Assembly (NCBI GenBank): GCA_046597375.1
Contig: JBKJKM010000168.1
Coordinates: forward strand, 1-51,373
Origin: Acidimicrobiales bacterium
GTDB lineage: Bacteria; Actinomycetota; Acidimicrobiia; Acidimicrobiales; CADCTF01
DNA: 51,373 nucleotides
Direction: 5' to 3'
Part shown: positions 49,133 to 51,373 of the stretch, piece after piece
Numbering within the stretch: position 1 is the first letter of the stretch
How the letters are laid out: every line of letters begins with the position of its first letter
Notes under the pieces: generated by a model
What the model was told of the DNA's origin: nothing
Seen by the model: only the letters and a program-made list of their open reading frames with translations
Database searches by the model: none
Program-made: the position numbers and the translations under genes

Positions 49133-51373
49133 CTACAGAGTGGCGGCCATTCCGACGATAGGCCGGTTGAGCGCCAGATCACCGGTCGAGCCACGGAAGG
49201 TCGCGTCGCCGAAGGTGAAGATGCCACCGTCGGAGGCCACGAGTCGATAGCCGACCCCTTTACTGATCGCTGACATGCCGACAACCGCCTTGTTCAGGGG
49301 CATCCCACCAGTCGACCCCCGGAAGGCGGCGTCGCCGAAGGCGAAGATGCCGCCGTCCGACGCCACCAGCCAGTAACCGTTGCCGGTGGAGGTCGACGCC
49401 ATCCCGACCACGGGCTGGTTCAGCGGGAAGCCGCCGGTCGAACCGAAGAAGGCCGCATCACCAAAGCTGAAGATGCCGCCGTCCGACGCCACCAACCAGT
49501 AACCCTTGCCGGTCGGCGTCGACGCCATGCCGACCACCGGCTTGTTCAGCGGGATGCCGCCGGTAGAACCGAAGAAAGCGGCATCGCCGAAGCTGAAGAT
49601 CCCGCCATCCGAAGCCACCAGCCAGTAACCCTTGCCGGTCGGAGTCGACGCCATCCCCACCACCGGCTTGTTCAACACAATGTCACCGGTCGAGCCGAAG
49701 AAGGCCGCATCTCCAAAACTGAAGATGCCGCCGTCCGAGGCCACCAGCCAGTAACCGTTGTCGGTCGGCGTGGAGGCCATGCCGACCACCGGCTTGTTCA
49801 ACGGGATGCCGCCGGTCGAGCCGAAGAAGTCGGCATCGCCGAACGTGAAGATCCCGCCGTCCGAGCCGACCAGCCAGTAGCCGTCCTCGCTGGCGCCGGC
49901 CGGAGGCGGAGTCGTCGAGCTGGGAGCGGCGTTCCGGAACTTGTAGACAAACACGCCTTTATCGCTGGCGAACTGCACGAACTGGCGGCTCAGCGACGGC
50001 TGGCCGATGGAAATGGCCGATCCGCCATGCGCAGGGTTGGCGGTGAAGTCGCCGGCAGAAACGGGCTGGAGGGTTGCCGCGTCGAGTACGAGCGGCTGGC
50101 CGCCGTCAGTGACGACGAAGACCAGATCGCCGCCGGCGGCCGGCACGGTGGCACTGAAGCCACTGAGACCGCCCTCTCGATTATCGGCCGGGCTCAGGCG
50201 GGCCGCCACCGAGAGGTCGGCACTGGCCAGGGCATAGAGGTTGGACTCCGTGGCGACGAACACGCGCCCGGGAGTCGTCACGCCGGCGACGACCTCTTGG
50301 TCGATGGCCAGCGCCGAGGACGCTGCCCCGGCCAGGGCCATGCTCGACGCCACCGTAAAGGCGGCGCCGGCCTGGGTGAGACGTCGCACCGTCGTGGTGG
50401 GGTTGGAGAACGTGGCATTGGCCGTCGTGGCGGCGTAGAGGAACGGGGCTCGAGCGGCACCACTGCCGGTCACGCCGGGCGGCATGCCGTTGTTGGCCAC
50501 CGGGACCGATGGGGTCATGACGACGTCGTCAGGGCCGGCGATCTGTTCAGACGGCCCCACGATCGAGAGATCGGAGGCGGCGAACGTGCGGACCTTGCCG
50601 TCGAGGGTGCCGACGGCGACGAAAGCGCCGACGCTCCCGGAGGCCGGGTTCTCGAGGAAGGCGAGGGTTGGACTGGCTTCCGGGGTGGCGTTGATGTCGC
50701 CAGTCATGGTGGCCGATCCGATGGTGGCTCCGGTGGTGGCTGCAGACGAGATGGGTACCCGGAAGAGCGCCTGTATACCGGCGGTGTTCTCGGCCACGAA
50801 GAGGAGGGCGCGGCTGCCGTCGGCGGCGGCACCAGTCAAAAGGACCGAGCTGTTGACGTCGTAACCGGCAGCAGCGGCGACGGCCACGTCCTGCACGAGG
50901 CCGCCGGTGGTCTCGTCGATCTGGGCGATGCTGACGCCGGAGGCATCATTGTGCAGGGCAAAGACCTGGCCGAGGGCAGCACCCGACGACGTCTCCCCGA
51001 AGGTCACGCTACCGATGGCACCGTCGCCAAAAGCATTCGGCTCCGAGCTGACGTCAATACCGGCGGCCGAGCCGACCGGGGCGCCGCTATTCAGCATCCG
51101 CACGTGGACAACCCCATCGGCGGTGCCGTAGGCGAAACGCTGAACGGTCGACGGCCCCGCCGACGTGATGATCGAGGTCACGACGTTGGCGTCTTCAGCG
51201 CCCGTCTTGGCGTACAGGGCATCGAGCGGGCCGGTGCCGTTGTCGACGGGCTGGTAACCGGAGCGTCCTGCATCACCGCCGAAGAGGGGCCAGTGGACGG
51301 CGCCGGAAGGACTGGCGAACGCGGCCAGGGCGGCAAGCGAGGTTGCCGCGGCGACCTTCAGACGGCGGGAACG
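49133..51373 (-). CDS. Secreted repeat protein (5' end outside the window): PQQ/BamB-like beta-propeller-type N-terminal region plus six C-terminal 42-aa repeats
   Basis: The frame stays open beyond the listed GTG at 51181 to the window edge. The extra 64 codons read RSRRLKVAAATSLAALAAFASPSGAVHWPLFGGDAGRSGYQP, a signal peptide followed by a propeller-like start. The C-terminus holds six GYWLVASDGGIFSFGDAAFFGSTGGIPLNKPVVGMASTPTGK repeats. Confidence 0.8.
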   Translation of the reverse strand, partial: RSRRLKVAAATSLAALAAFASPSGAVHWPLFGGDAGRSGYQPVDNGTGPLDALYAKTGAEDANVVTSIITSAGPSTVQRFAYGTADGVVHVRMLNSGAPVGSAAGIDVSSEPNAFGDGAIGSVTFGETSSGAALGQVFALHNDASGVSIAQIDETTGGLVQDVAVAAAAGYDVNSSVLLTGAAADGSRALLFVAENTAGIQALFRVPISSAATTGATIGSATMTGDINATPEASPTLAFLENPASGSVGAFVAVGTLDGKVRTFAASDLSIVGPSEQIAGPDDVVMTPSVPVANNGMPPGVTGSGAARAPFLYAATTANATFSNPTTTVRRLTQAGAAFTVASSMALAGAASSALAIDQEVVAGVTTPGRVFVATESNLYALASADLSVAARLSPADNREGGLSGFSATVPAAGGDLVFVVTDGGQPLVLDAATLQPVSAGDFTANPAHGGSAISIGQPSLSRQFVQFASDKGVFVYKFRNAAPSSTTPPPAGASEDGYWLVGSDGGIFTFGDADFFGSTGGIPLNKPVVGMASTPTDNGYWLVASDGGIFSFGDAAFFGSTGDIVLNKPVVGMASTPTGKGYWLVASDGGIFSFGDAAFFGSTGGIPLNKPVVGMASTPTGKGYWLVASDGGIFSFGDAAFFGSTGGFPLNQPVVGMASTSTGNGYWLVASDGGIFAFGDAAFRGSTGGMPLNKAVVGMSAISKGVGYRLVASDGGIFTFGDATFRGSTGDLALNRPIVGMAATL
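49136..49882 (-). repeat. Six tandem 126-bp coding repeats (42-aa units, last unit 39 aa)
   Basis: Read directly from the DNA and the translation. Units are about 80-100% identical at the protein level. Many of the DNA differences fall at synonymous positions. Confidence 0.9.

Noticed and set aside
1-51373. Intact insertion sequences, transposases, prophage blocks, toxin-antitoxin pairs or recognisable defence systems (restriction-modification, CBASS, Cas and similar)
   Set aside because: I scanned all listed ORFs for DDE/transposase, terminase/capsid, methylase/endonuclease and other hallmark motifs and found none. The two STAND/AAA proteins carry cyclase or LuxR signalling domains rather than nuclease or other effector domains.

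Overview
High-GC, actinobacterial-type chromosomal segment. It is densely coding on both strands, with strongly GC3-biased codons and many ATGA/GTGA start-stop overlaps. I count about 50 supportable CDS and 2 tRNAs (Arg-ACG, Ser-GCT). There is no rRNA, no CRISPR array and no intact mobile element.

Gene order, left to right:
- partial secreted protein, then a SURF1-like protein
- DUF3494 (ice-binding-like) surface protein with an LAXTG sorting signal
- cytochrome P450 coupled to a PPOX-like protein
- heterodimeric ABC exporter pair
- stand-alone LigD-type polymerase/primase domain
- small regulator/enzyme pairs: NTF2 with an MmyB-like XRE regulator; an ABM-like Zn-ribbon protein with TetR and VOC
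- signalling operon (REC-PP2C, CHASE3 histidine kinase, REC) followed by an orphan sugar-type binding lipoprotein
- second LAXTG surface protein with a 15-bp tandem repeat
- sthA-like transhydrogenase and a DUF1905 protein
- neutral-lipid cluster: acyl-CoA synthetase, PlsC, TetR, HAD-PlsC fusion, WS/DGAT, serine hydrolase
- large class III cyclase-STAND-TPR protein
- phenylalanine/tyrosine (homogentisate) catabolic cluster: phhB, asnC-type regulator, phhA, hppD, fahA, hmgA
- ADH plus an unknown protein, with a divergent TetR
- about 5.2 kb bracketed by an imperfect direct repeat, carrying a cytidylyltransferase-PLP enzyme fusion, a CDP-alcohol phosphotransferase and a divergent SAM methyltransferase
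- a zone of gene fragments that includes an integrase N-terminal remnant next to tRNA-Arg
- large LuxR (LAL) regulator with a palindrome upstream
- glbO and tRNA-Ser
- partial secreted beta-propeller protein ending in six 126-bp repeats

The most interesting candidate for an undescribed system is the cytidylyltransferase-PLP / CDP-alcohol transferase / methyltransferase module at 39.3-42.9 kb. A secondary candidate is the HAD-acyltransferase fusion next to WS/DGAT.

All functional calls come from reading motifs in the translated ORFs. No database search was possible. Start codons are refined by eye and several remain uncertain.
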